From Paramoeba atlantica (taxonomy: Eukaryota; Protista; Discosea), in the NCBI GenBank assembly GCA_977017575.1, contig CDRNVI010000164.1:62001-126000 (forward strand): DNA of 64,000 bases. The letters are read 5' to 3'. The notes below the pieces were generated by a model. That model saw only the letters and a list, made by a program, of their open reading frames with translations. It was not told the origin of the DNA and did not search any database. Position 1 is the first letter of the stretch. Every line of letters begins with the position of its first letter. Position numbers and translations under genes: made by a program. This document shows, piece after piece, positions 11,232 to 24,829 of the stretch.

Positions 11232-13487
11232 ATGCGTGTTTTCAGTGTGGTTGTTGTGGGAACACTCCTAATAACATTGGCCTCTTCAGATTTTGCTGAT
11301 TATCTCAACAATATAAGAAACTCAGCAAATGTCAATTCTCCCACGCTCGCAGAGTGTGGGGTGCTCTCCCACACCTTCGATGGACAAGAAGGTGGTGGTC
11401 TTGGACCTTGGACACTCAACAATCGCTCTCATGACCATATCTCATGTGCCTTGTGTAATCGAGTGAATGTTCCTTTTGGTGGTAATTCTGCTGGCATCAT
11501 TTTGAACGTGAAAAACAATCATTTCTTCTGTTACTATTCAGATGATGGGGGCACTGGGAATGCCAACTGGTGTCATCCTCCTGGACCAAGTTCCACTTGC
11601 GTCCCTGGATGCTCGACAATGATTGGAGAGAATTTCTGGCACCCAACATGGTGCACTGGATCGTGTTTTGGACATGGCCCATATTATCCAGATGACCTCC
11701 ACCGTTTCATGGAGGCAAATCTCCAAAGTATGAACAGTGAACTAATCATGGATCCAACTGTTTACATGGAAAATCTGTACAAACCAGCGCGAGAGAGCAG
11801 CCTTCTAGCTTTGTCGAATTGTAACCATGATTTGTGGCGAAAAGTAGAAGCTGATCTGGGCAGGAAAGTCCCATTAGTTAAATATGATAAGGAGAGAGGA
11901 GACCACCCATACAGCTGTATTGAGTGTCCAGAAGAATTTGATAATTTTGGAGAAGAGGAAGAAGAGGAAGAGGACGAGGACGAGGAAGAGGAAGAAGGAG
12001 AAACGCTCCCAACACTTTTGGGTCCGCTTGCGTTCGAAGAATGTAATTTCTCAGGGAGTGTGGTTCTTGATATGGAGGAAGTCCCTCTATTTTATACAAG
12101 TGCTTCTTGTTCTTGCTCTCTCTTTCTCTCTCATCTTGAAATGAGCGAACACACTGAGATGAGAGAACCGCCCTCTCAAATTGAAAATTGTTTAGTGTCA
12201 TTTCAGTTCATTTTTCTCTCTCTTTTCTCTCTTTTCACAAAATTCTTTTTTAACTCTTCAAAAATAGGGGTGAGAATGTTGAGACAACGAGTGTGATTTT
12301 TCCTACTGACGAACCTGTGATTCAAAGTAGTTGTTTGGGACTCCTTCAAGTTCTTTCTCTTTTTTTCTTCTTTCTTTTATTCTTTTCATTTTTTTCATTT
12401 TTTGAAATGTTGAAAAAAAAAGGAGAATGGTGTTGTGACAGGGTTTTGGTATTATGAGACTGCTTCAAAATGGGACATTCTCATTCAAACATATGAAAAC
12501 AACAAATTTTCCAAGCAACTTGAGTTTCACTCACTCTTTGACAACTTTTTGTCATTCAATTTTTATTCTCTTGCAGGTCTTTATTTTCCTTTCTTTCTTT
12601 TTGATTTGATTGATTTGTATGGTCTTTCAATTTTGAGATTAATTTAGTTTTTTCAAAACAGAGAACACAGACGGAAAAAAGAGTGCGCTGGTTTTCGGAA
12701 GTATCACCCATTTTAAGATTTGTCTCTCATTGGAAGCGAATGAGATGTTCACATTGGCAGCTTTTCAAGAAAACGATGGTGTTCAAAGCTTTCAAATGAA
12801 AAGTTATGAAAACCCTGTAATTCTTGCAGACGGTTCTCCACAACAAATAGTCGCTTTTTCTGTTCCCACAGGAGTACCTTATGCTCTCTCATGGAAACTC
12901 GATCCAGTGCAAAATTTCCCATCTCCTGCAGAAAGCGGGTTTGGTTTCTTTTTTATTATTTTTTTATTTCAAACCAACCCAACATCAAAATAGAAGAACA
13001 AGATAAAAAATGATTTACTTTTTTGATGTTTTTTAGATATAAAATGCAATCGATGGTATTTGGAATTGAGAATCAGGAAAAATATTTTTGTTTGGAAAGT
13101 AACACCCAAAAGAAAGGGAAAGTACAGTTGTTCTGGCCAGGAAATTCTGTTGCTGATGAAGTCTTTAATTTTTCTGGGAGTATGTTAAGTTTGACTACAA
13201 TAAGTGAAGGAGTTCGTTTGGTTTATCAAAGAGGGTCTTCGATTTGGTGTGTTGACTTGCCAGTTGCGTTTTTCGAGAAAACCAAGAATCCTATTCCAGT
13301 TCGATTGATAGCGAAAGTCAAAAAAAGTTTGAATGTAGTAACCACCCCAATTACCCAAAGCGAAGAGGGACTCATTGTGGTTCAATACAACGAGAAAGAA
13401 TATGGAGCAAAAGTTACCTCTTTTCAATCGTTACCACTCCAACCAGGAAAAGATCTCCCATCACCATCACCACCGCCGCGGGGGTAA
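11232..13487 (+). CDS. Secreted multi-domain protein, copy 1: signal peptide, Cys-rich N-domain, poly-Glu linker, beta-rich C-domain, Pro/Ser tail
   Basis: Signal-like MRVFSVVVVGTLLITLASS. ORFs 11232, 12435, 12730 and 13023 can be joined by GT-AG introns. Three conserved paralogues. Confidence 0.85.
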
Positions 13488-13679
13488 ATTCGAAAATACC
13501 GAAATCGCTCACTACAAACCGCCAACCACATGATTTCATTGAGAAAAAAAGCAACCAATGAGTGTTGTCAGAGCAAACAATAAATAATCAACAAAGGATT
13601 GATTTCAACTTTATTCTCTACATAATCTCAACATTCAATTTTCTTCTCAACCTCTCACTCTCTCTAGAGAGTTAAGTTT

Positions 13680-14987
13680 TCATTTTTTTTGAGCTGGTTT
13701 GATATTTTTGCCCTACAAAAATATTAAAAAAAAACAGTTAGGAGAAAGATTCAATCTTTTTTTTCAGTTTCTAAATTAAAATGAAGAGAAGAAAAAAGAA
13801 ATCAAACCCTTTCTTGAAATGTGTTGATTAACTCAACAATTCTTTTATCTCTTGTTGTTTCCAAGACTGTGTGACCACTCTAACAAAAAAGAAGTTCAAA
13901 AAAAAAAGAACTGCCCGCTCTCAGAACATATTCACACAAAAAAAATGAAAAAAAATGAAAAACAAGATTTCGGAGATGAATGTTTGGTCCATATTCAAGA
14001 AGAATTTTCACATCAGAACCATTCTTAATAGCAAGGTGAAGAGGAGTCTCTCCCCACTGAACAAAAAGTATTTTTCAATAAAAAGATAAAACAAATCACA
14101 CACAACCCATTGCAATCAACAAAAATAAGAAAAAATAAGAAAGAAAAACCAACAGAAAAGAAAAAAAATAGAAAACAAAGAAAGAAAAGAAAATCAAAAC
14201 TTCATCTTGAAGATCAATGTCAGATCCAGATTTAAGCAGAATTTTCAGAATTTCTTCAAAACCACTGTAAGCAGCAAAGTGAAGAGCAGTCTTCCCATAC
14301 TTTAACATAATGAATTTTTTTAAAAAAAAGGAAGAAAACAAATAGTTCCCATCTCAATAATTACAAAAACAAAAACTGAAAGAAAAACAAGCAAAAAAAA
14401 AAGAAAATCAAAACTACGTTTTGAAGATTAACATTGGATCCATATTCAACAAGAATTTGCACAATTTCTTGAAAACCTTCCAAAGCAGCGTTCTGAAGAG
14501 GAGTCCATCCACACTTAACAAAAAGAAGTTAAAAAAAAAGAACAAATCATCACATTATCTTCCCACAACAACAGAACAAGAACAAATAAAAATGAGAAAA
14601 CAAATATTAAAAGAGAATCAAAACTCTATCTTGAAGATTTACATTGGATCCATGTTCAATCAGAATTTTCACAACTTCTTCAAAACCTTTGGAAGCAGCT
14701 TTGTGAAGAGCAGTCTGTTCGTTCTGAACAAAAGAAGAAGTTATTATCACACACAACCATCAATCAATAAAAATAAAAAATGAAAAAACAATGAAAAATC
14801 AACTTCAAAAAAACAAAAGAAGAAGAAAGAGAAAAAGAAAAAAAACCAAGCCGCAGCCCTTGTGTTTGAAGTCAATATCAAGTTGCTTGGATTGAAGAAG
14901 AACTTTGACAAGTTCTTCATCTCCTCTCTCAACAGCATCGTAAAGTTTCTTGTTTTCTGATCTCTTCTCTTTTTCTTCTTCTTCCAT
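13680..14987 (-). CDS. Ankyrin-repeat protein B (7 exons), ends GKNIKPAQKK*
   Basis: Exons read EQTALHKAASKG, CGWTPLQNAA, YGKTALHFAA, SGETPLHLAI and SGHTVLET. Terminal exon 13680-13712. Confidence 0.85.
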
Positions 14988-15191
14988 CTTCTTTTTTTGT
15001 TTTCTTGATGATTTTGTGTTGTGGTGAGACAGAGAGAAAGAGCAAAAAGAGAAACAAAAAACTAATTTCCTTTTTTAGTATTTTCGTGATTCTTTTTTAG
15101 GAAAAATTCCTTTTTTGTTCTAAACTTTTCTTTTTGGGTTTTTGGAGTTTATCCCTCTCGAAGAGGAAGAGAGAGGAGAGGGAAGAGAGAG

Positions 15192-17494
15192 ATGCGTGTT
15201 TTCGAGGTGGTTGTTGTGGGAACACTCCTAATAACATTGGCCTCTTCAGATTTTGCTAATTATCTCAACAAAATAAGAAACTCAGCAAGTGTCAATTCTC
15301 CCACACTCACAGACGCTGGAGTCCTCACCCACACCTTCGATGGACAAGAAAATGGTGGCCATAAACCTTGGACAGTCAACAATCTCACAAATGACCATAT
15401 CTCATGTGCCTTGTGTAATCGAGTGAATGTTCCTTTTGGTGGCGGTTCTGCTGGCTTCATTTTGAACGTGAAAAACAATCATTTCTTCTGTTACTATGCC
15501 GATGATGGAGGAACTGGTTCTGACAACTGGTGTCATCCTCCTGGCCCAAGCTCTACTTGCATCCCTGGATGCTCGACATTAATGGGAAATAACGTGTGGT
15601 ACCCAGCATGGTGCACTGGATCATGTCAATCCAGAGGACCTTACAAACCAAAAGACCTCCGCCATTTCATGAAGGTAAATCTCCGTAGCATGAACAGTGA
15701 ACTGATCATGGATCCAACTGTGTACATGGAAAATCTGTACAAACCAGCGCGAGAGAGCAGCCTTCTAGCTTTGTCAAACTGTGACCGTAATTTGTGGCGA
15801 AAAGCAGAAGCTGATCTGGGCAGGAAAATCCCATTAGTTAGATACAATGGTGGAGACCACCCATACAGCTGTATTGAGTGTCCAAAAGAATTTGATAATT
15901 TTGGAGAAGAGGAAGAAGAAGAGGAAGAAGAAGAGGAAGAGGAAGAGGAAGAGGAAGAAGGAGAAACGCTCCCAACATTTTTGGGTCCGCTTGCGTTCGG
16001 AGAATGTAATTTCTCAGGGAGTGTCGTTCTTGATATGGAGGAAGTTCCTCTATTTTATACAAGTGCTTCTTGTTCTTGCTCCCTCTTTCTCTCTCATCTT
16101 GAAGTGAGCGAACACACTGAAACAAGAGAACCTTCCTCTCAAATTGAAAATTGTTTAGTGTCATTTCAGTTCATTTTTCTCTCTCTTTTCTCTCTTTTCT
16201 CCCTTTTCTCAAAATCGTTTTTTAATCTTCACAAACCTTTTTAACTCTTCAAAAATAGGGGTGAGAATGTTGAGACAACGAGTGTGATTTTTCCTACTGA
16301 CGAACCTGTGATTCAAAGCAGTTGTTTGGGACTCCTTCAAGTTCTTTTATTCTTTTTCTTCTTTCTTTTATTCTTTTTTTTGAAATGTTGAAAAAGGAGA
16401 ATGGTGTTGTGACAGGGTTTTGGTATTACGAGACTCCTTCAAAATGGGACATTCTCATTCAAACGTACGAAAACAACAAATTTTCCAAGCAACTTGAGTT
16501 TCACTCACTCTTCGACAACTTTTTGTCATTCAATTTTTATTCTCTTGCAGGTCTTTATTTTCCTTTCTTTCTTTTTTGATTTGATTGATTTGTATGGTCT
16601 TTCAATTTTGAGATTAATTTAGTTTTTCAAAACAGAGAACGCGGATGGGAAAAAGAGTGCACTGATTTTCGGAAACATCACTCATTTTAAAATTTGTCTC
16701 TCATTGGAAGCGAATGAGATGTTCACATTGGCAGCTTTTCAAGAAAACGATGGTGTTCAAAGCTTTCAAATGAAAAGTTATGAAAAATCTATCATTCTTG
16801 CAGACGGTTCTCCACAACAAATAGTCGCTTTTTCTGTTCCCAAAGGAATACTTCATGCTCTCTCATGGAAACTAGATCCAGTGCAAAATTTCTCATCTCC
16901 CACTGAAAGCGGGTTTGGTTTCTTTTTATTATTTTTTTGACAAAAATTTCAAACCAACCCAACATCAAAATAGAAGAAGAACAAGATAAAAAATGATTTA
17001 CTTTTTTGATGTTTTTTAGATATAAAATGCAATCGATGGTATTTGGAATTGAGAATCAGGAAAAATATTTTTGTTTGGAAAGTAACACCCAAAAGAAAGG
17101 GAAAGTGCAGTTGTTCTGGCCAAGAAATTCTGTTGCTGATGAAGTCTTTAATTTTTCTGGGAGTATGTTAAGTTTGACTGCAATAAGGGAAGGAGTTCGT
17201 TTGGTTTATCAAAGAGGGTATTCGATTTGGTGTGTTGACTTGCCAGTTGCGTTTTTCGAGAAAACCAAGAATCCTATTCCTGTTCGATTGATAGCGAAAG
17301 TCAAAAAAAGTTTGAATGTAGTAACCACCCCAATTACCCAAAATGAAGAAGAGGGATTCATTGTGGTTCAATACAACGAGAAAGAATATGGAGCAAAAGT
17401 TACCTCTTTTCAATCGTTACCACTCCAACCAGGAAAAAATCCCCCACCTTCACCATCACCATCACCATCACCATCACCATCACTGCTTGGGTAA
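15192..17494 (+). CDS. Secreted multi-domain protein, copy 2
   Basis: Paralogue of 11232..13487 with the same exon structure. Confidence 0.85.
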
Positions 17495-17743
17495 ATTCGA
17501 AAATACCGAAATCGCTCACTACAAACCGCCAACCACACGATTTCATTGAGAAAAAAAGCAAACAATGAGTGTTGTCAGAGCAAACAATAAATAATCAACA
17601 AAGGATTGATTTCAACTTTATTCTCTACATAATCTCAATGTTCAATTTTCTTTTTTTTTTTGATTCTTTTTATTGTTTGTGTACCCTCTTAATGCTCTGA
17701 AAGTTCTTTCCTCAACTCTCACTCTCTCCAGAGAGTTGAGTTT

Positions 17744-19121
17744 TCATTTTTTTTGAGCTGGTTTGATATTTTTGCCCTGCAAAAAAAATGGTAAAAAAAA
17801 AATAGGAGAAATTCAATCTTTTTTTTCTGGTTTCTAAATTAAAATGAAGAGAAGAAGAAAGAAATCAAACCCTTTCTTGAAATGTGTTGATTAATTCAGC
17901 AATTCTTTTATCTCTTTTCAGATCCAAGACTGTGTCACCACTCTAACAAAAAAGAAGTTCAAAAAAAAAGAACTACCCCCTCTCAAAACATATTCACACA
18001 AAAAAAAAATGAAAAAAAATGAAAAACCTGATTTTGGAGATGAATGTTTGGTCCATATTCAAGAAGAATTTTCATATTTTCTTCAAAACCATTCTTAATA
18101 GCAAGGTGAAGAGGAGTCTCTCCCCACTGAACAAAAAGTATTTTTCAATAAAAGGATAAAACAAATCACACACAACCCATTACAATCAACAAAAATAAGA
18201 AAAAATAAGAAAGAAAAACCAACAGCAAAGAAAAAATAGAAAACAAAGAAAGAAAAGAAAAGAAAACTTTATCTTGAAGATCAATGTCAGATCCAGATTC
18301 AATCAGAATTTTCAGAATTTCTTCAAAACCAGAGTAAGCAGCAAGGTGAAGAGCAGTCTTCCCATACTTAACAAAATGAAGTTTTAAAAAAAGAATAAAA
18401 CAAATCACACACAACCATCTCCCCATCACAATTAGAAAAACAAAAATTGAAAGAAAAACAAGCAAAAAGAAAGGAAAATCAAAAAACTTGGGTTAGAAGG
18501 TGAATGTTGGATCCATGTTCAAGAAGGATTTTCACAACTTCTTTTCTCCCTTTGTAAACAGCTCCGTGAAGAGGGGTCCATCCATACTAAATAAAATGAA
18601 GTTTTAAAAAAGAACAAATAACACACACATAACCATCTCTCTCTCTCACCCTCTCCATCACATGAGAAAATAAATAATAAAAAAAAGAAAATCAAAACTT
18701 GATTTTGAAGATCAACATTGGATCCATGTTCAATCAGAATTTTCACAATTTGTTCAAAACCTTTGGAGGCAGCATTGTGAAGAGCAGTCTGTTCAACTTT
18801 TTCTCTCCATGTTTGGCTCTCCTCCTGAACAAAAGAAGAAGTTATTATCACCCACAGAAATAAATCACAAAATAAAAAAACAAAGGAGTGCAATGAAAAA
18901 TCAACTTCAAAAAAACAAAAAGAAAAAGAGGAGAGAAGAAGAAAAACAAAAGAAGAAAGAAGAAGAAAGAAAAAAAAACAATTTTTGAAAACCTTGTGTT
19001 CGAAGTCACTATTAAGTTGCTTGGAGTGAAGAAGAACTTTGACAAGTTCTTCATCTCCTCTCTCAACAGCATCATAAAGTTTCTCATTTTCTGATCTCTT
19101 CTCTTCTTCTTCTTCTTCCAT
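17744..19121 (-). CDS. Ankyrin-repeat protein C (7 exons), ends GKNIKPAQKK*
   Basis: Exons read EQTALHNAASKG, YGWTPLHGAVYKG, YGKTALHLAA, SGETPLHLAI and SGDTVLDL. Terminal exon 17744-17776. Confidence 0.85.
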
Positions 19122-19330
19122 CTTCTTTTCTTGTTTTCTTGATGATTGTGTGTTGTGGTGAGACAGAGAGAAAGAGCAAAAAGAGAAACAAAAACTAATT
19201 TCCTTTTTTAGTATTTCCTTTTGAGAAAAATTCCTTTTTTGTCAAAAACTTTTCTTTTTGGGTTTCTGGTTTTTTGGGTTTTTGGAGCCCATCAGACAAG
19301 GAAGAGAGAGGAGAGGGAAGAGAGAGAGGG

Positions 19331-20053
19331 ATGCGTGTTTTCAGTGTGGTTGTTGTGGGAACACTCCTAATAACATTGGCCTCTTCAGATTTTGCTAATT
19401 ATCTCAACAAAATAAGAAACTCAGCAAGTGTCAATTCTCCCACACTCACAGACGCTGGAGTCCTCACCCACACCTTCGATGGACAAGAAAATAGTGGCCG
19501 TAAAGCATGGACAGTCAACAATCTCTCAAATGACCATATCTCATGTGCCCTGAGCAATCGAGTGAATATCCCTTTTGGTTACAATTCTCCTGGTTTTATT
19601 TTGAACGTGAAAAACAATCATTTCTTCTGTTACTATGCCGATGATGGAGGAACTGGTTCTGGGAACTGGTGTCATCCTCCCGGACCAAGCTCTACTTGCG
19701 TCCCTGGATGCTCAACATTAATGGGAAATAACGTGTGGTACCCAGCATGGTGCACTGGATCATGTCATTCCAAAGGACCTTACAAACCTAAAGACCTCCA
19801 CCGTTTCCTGAAGGTCAATTTCAAAAGTATTCCCAGCGAACTGATCATGGATCCAACTGTGTACATGGAAAATCTGTACAAACCAGCGCGAGAGAGCAGC
19901 CTTCTAGCTTTGTCAAACTGTGACCGTAATTTGTGGCGAAAAGCAGAAGCTGATCTGGGCAGGAAACTCCCTTTAGTTCGATATGATGGGGGGAATGCAA
20001 ACCGCCCATACAGCTGTATTGAGTGTCCAAAAGAATTTGATAATTTTGGAGAA

Positions 20054-20088
<35 letters not shown>

Positions 20089-21606
20089 GGAAGAGGAAGA
20101 GGAAGAGGAAGAAGGAGAAACGTTACCAACACTTTTGGGTCCGCTCGCGTTGGGGGAATGTAATTTCTCAGGGAGTGTGGTGATTGATCAGGAGGAAGTT
20201 CCTCTATTTTATACAAGTGCTTCTTGTTCTTGCTCTCTCTTTCTCTCTCATCTTGAAGTGAGCGAACACACTGAAACAAGAGAACCTTCCTCTCAAATTG
20301 AAAATTGTTTAGTGTCATTTCAGTTCATTTTTCTCTCTCTTTTCTCTCTTTTCACAAAATTCTTTTTTAACTCTTCAAAAATAGGGGTGAGAATGTTGAG
20401 ACAGCGAGTGTGATTTTTCCTACTGACGAACCTGTGATTCAAAGTAGTTGTTTGGGACTCCTTCAAGTTCTTTCTCTTTTTTTCTTCTTTCTTTTATTCT
20501 TTTCATTTTTTTCATTTTTTGAAATGTTGAAAAAAAAAGGAGAATGGTGTTGTGACAGGGTTTTGGTATTATGAGACTGCTTCAAAATGGGACATTCTCA
20601 TTCAAACATATGAAAACAACAAATTTTCCAAGCAACTTGAGTTTCACTCACTCTTTGACAACTTTTTGTCATTCAATTTTTATTCTCTTGCAGGTCTTTA
20701 TTTTCCTTTCTTTCTTTTTGATTTGATTGATTTGTATGGTCTTTCAATTTTGAGATTAATTTAGTTTTTTCAAAACAGAGAACGCGGATGGGAAAAAGAG
20801 TGCACTGATTTTCGGAAGTATCACCCATTTTAAAATTTGTCTCTCATTGGAAGCGAATGAGATGTTCACATTGGCAGCTTTTCAAGAAAACGATGGTGTT
20901 CAAAGCTTTCAAATGAAAAGTTATGAAAACCCTGTAATTCTTGCAGACGGTTCTCCACAACAAATAGTCGCTTTTTCTGTTCCCAAAGGAATACTTCATG
21001 CTCTCTCATGGAAACTAGATCCAGTGCAAAATTTCCCATCTCCTGCGGAAAGCGGGTTTTGTTTCTTTTTATTATTTTTTTTTATTGCAAGCCTAGAGAA
21101 GAAGAACAAAAAAATGATTTACTTTTTTGATGTTTTTTAGATATAAAATGCAATCGATGGTATTTGGAATTGAGAATCAGGAAAAATATTTTTGTTTGGA
21201 AAGTAACACCCAAAAGAAAGGGAAAGTGCAGTTGTTCTGGCCAGGAAATTCTGTTGCTGATGAAGTCTTTAATTTTTCTGGGAGTATGTTAAGTTTGACT
21301 GCAATAAGTGAAGGAGTTCGTTTGGTTTATCAAAGAGGGTATTCAATTTGGTGTGTTGACTTGCCAGTTGCGTTTTTCGAGAAAACCAAGAATCCTCTTC
21401 CCATTCGATTGATAGCGAAAGTCAAAAAAAGTTTGAATGTAGTAACCACCCCAATTACCCAAAACGAAGAGGGATTCATTGTGGTTCAGTACAAGAATGA
21501 ACATGGAGCAAAAGTTACCTCTTTTCAATTGTTACCACTCCAACCAGGAAAAAATCCCCCATCTCCAAGTCCACCATCACCTTCATCACCATCACTGCTT
21601 GGGTAA
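19331..21606 (+). CDS. Secreted multi-domain protein, copy 3
   Basis: Paralogue; ATG at 19331 within ORF 19274..20413. Confidence 0.85.
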
Positions 21607-21839
21607 ATTCGAAAATACCAAAATCGCTCACCACAACCACCTACTTCGTTGAGAAAAAAGCAACAAGAATATTGTTCTCATTGTGGCAATAAATTAACCA
21701 AATAATTAACAAATCATTGGTCAGAATAAAATCCAAACATGTTGAAAAGAGAGGAGATGAGGAAATAACGAAAAGTAAAACTGATTTCTCCAGAAAAAAA
21801 AATAATTTGGAACTTTTCCTTTATTTGAAATGATGATAT

Positions 21840-24829
21840 TTAAAAATTTGTATGCCAAACCACAATTTGAAATGGAATTTGAGAGATCATGGAATAAGAA
21901 TTTCCATAAACACCAATGATAACTTCATTATCTATCCCAATAATTTTTAGAAGAAAAAAAAAAGAGAGAAAGTGAATTTTTGTTTTTAGAAAACCTGAGT
22001 ACTCTCCTTGAAGATCAATTTGATGAACTGCAGATTGATTTCGATCAACAACCTCAAAAGTACTCAAAGTTGGAATCTCTTTCATTCCCAAAAAAACCCA
22101 TAAAAACCCTTCAGTATCTCTTTCTTTCACTGCAACTGAAAATCCAACAGCTTTAGGAATGTAGACACGAAAATAAGACCATTCATTGCGCATCACATTT
22201 TGAGTTGAGATTCTCCCACTAAGAGAAAAAAAAGATCAACAATGATATTCAAAACAAAAAGAAAATCAGAACTCTCAAAAAACCTTGTTAAAGGATGAAG
22301 AGGTGACTTACAACCAGCACCCACCCACCCATCATCACAAATACAACTTTTTGAATTTCCAGAACAAGAACCTTTTGCTCCGTGTGGACAAGAACAACTA
22401 TTATCAAAGGCAATTGAAATTTCATATTCACAAGCAGAGTAACCATAAACACCAATGTGCCTTTTGAAAAAAAAAAAAAAAAAGAGAGAAGTTAAAAAAA
22501 ATAGAAAGAAAAATGAAAACAAAAAGAAGTTTTTTTTCAAAACCATTCAGAAGACCCAGGAGAAGGAATAGTCAACTGCAATTCAGATTCAGTGGAAAAA
22601 TCATGCAGATCAAAATTTACAAAGTTTGGAAGAAAGGTTTCTTTCACATACAAATCACAATCAGCATCCTCCTCCTTCTGCAAAAGTGAAAAAATGAGTA
22701 AATCAACACAAACTGAAATTGGCGAAAATATCTTCTCCTCTGAAGATCTTCAAAAAACAAATTTAAAACACAACAAAAGTTGATTTACCTGAACAACGTG
22801 GATTGAAATTTGATTCTGTGTATCTAATTTCAAATAATAGAAATTCCATGCCCCTTTATCAACATACCTAAATCAAAAAAAAAGAAGAGAAAAAAAATGT
22901 GAGAGGGAGAAATAAAAAATATCTTCAAACAATTTCACAAAAGAAAAAGAAAAAAGAACCCTTCAGTTAACTCTCCAACGGGAAAGGGGGTCCTCATTGT
23001 TTCACAAGAAAGACCAGAAAAATGCTTGATACATTCACAGCCACCATCAGAACAGAACCCTTTTTTTAGAAAAGACAACAAAATTAAGATGATAAAATAA
23101 TAATGAATTGGAGAGAAGAAATGAGAGGAAAAGGGAAGAGAAGAACCATGAGAAGAACAGTGGTTAATACATTCCCCTGTGTGAGCTGGATACTCAGTTG
23201 CCCCAACAGAATAAGTGGAAGACTCTCGACTGTGCACACTAAAGAAGTAAATTGTATCTGCAAGCGGCTTTTTTTGGAAAACAAAAAGAAAAAAAAAAGA
23301 ATATTTAATTTTTAATTAAACTCTTCTCTCAGATTCAAAAAAAGGATTTGTTGAAAAAAGACATTTCAAAAAAAGGGATTTTACCTGCGCAACAACAATA
23401 TCCAACACTGTTTCCTCCACATTCAAAGGGGTCACATAATCATAATCATACAAGGAAGGAAGCCTTCCAGTCGCAACATAGAGATCAGATTCGTGTGTAT
23501 CATCTCCATTTCCAGATAACATCAACTCAAATTTGACACGGTAAGGATTACTACTTGTTAACAAACCAAAATGTTCCCTTTTTTTAATTTGTGCAAAAAA
23601 AAAAAAGATTAGAAAAATCATTTTTTTGAACTCTTTTGTGTGGCAGAAAAAAGAGAAATCAGAAAAAAAAATTGTGTACCATCCTTTTGCATGAAATTTA
23701 CTTCGACGATCTCCAGATTGAACCAAATCATACCGTTTGTCACAATTCACACCAGCAAACCCATTATAACACTAAAAAGAATAACAAAATTAGAAACAAG
23801 AAAGGAGAGAAGAAATGTGAGAGAAAAAGGAAACCAACCTGACATAAATTTGCATGTGCAACACACTCCCCATTTTGACACATTCCACAAACAGTTGAAA
23901 GTTCATAAGAGAAAGTAAAATCACATCCTTTGTATCCATAAATTCCAAAATAATATGTTCCAACTTCCAAAAGAAAAAGTCAGAGAGAAAGAAAAAGAAA
24001 AATCAGAGAAGAAAGAAAGAAAGAAAGAGAGAGAAGAGAAAAAAAAATTACAAGCATTTGGGACATCCAAATAAGATATTGTTTCACTTTCAACATCACG
24101 AGCAAGATAGCTATTGTTTCAAAAAAAAATTCATCTCCTGCCTCTTTCTCTCTCTTCTTCTCTTTTCGCTTTTTGTTCTCATCTGAATTGTTCAGATCCT
24201 TATTTGACTTCTTTGGATTCTTTTCTTCTCTCTCTTCTTCTCTCTTTCTCTCTCTTTCAATTAAAAATCAAGAAAATATCTATTTCATGGTTCATCTCTG
24301 ACCTTTCTCTCTCTCTTTCAATTCAAAAGAACAGAAAAAAAAACCTTGCACGATTTGGATATCCACTCTTTTGAACATAAATGTCAACATCACAAACCGC
24401 AGCATCTGAACTTGCTTGTGTAACAGTTGCAATTACAGAAAGAAGGCCTGAGAAGCAAAAAAGAAAGAGATGATTTATGTTGAGAGAAAAAAGAGACAAA
24501 ACCAACAACAAAGAAAGACAACAAAAGAGATCATTTTTTTCTTTTTCAAAAAAAGAAAAAAAAAGAAAGAAAAGGAAAGAAAAGAAAAAGAAAAAGAGAA
24601 TAAAACTTGTCACTTCAACTGGGAAGATTTTCCATCTTCCAGAAGGGACATAAGTTGAATATTCTTTCTCTGGAACAACTTGTTGATCAAAAAGAAGACA
24701 ATTCTCCCCTTCCCACCCCCGCTCGCACTCTTCCTCCTCAAACTGCAATTGAGATTGTGCTTGCCCAATGAACAAAGCAAAGAGGAAGAGGAAAAACAAT
24801 TTCCCTCTCAAAGAAGAAAGAAAGACCAT
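21840..24829 (-). CDS. Secreted EGF-like (tenascin-type) repeat protein with intervening beta-sandwich (PPC-like) modules
   Basis: Signal peptide MVFLSSLRGKLFFLFLFALFIGQAQS. EGF motifs CERGWEGENC, CINHCSSHG-FCSDGGCEC and CICDDGWVGAGC. Repeated 'DLYV..G..P' modules. Multi-exon. Confidence 0.8.
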
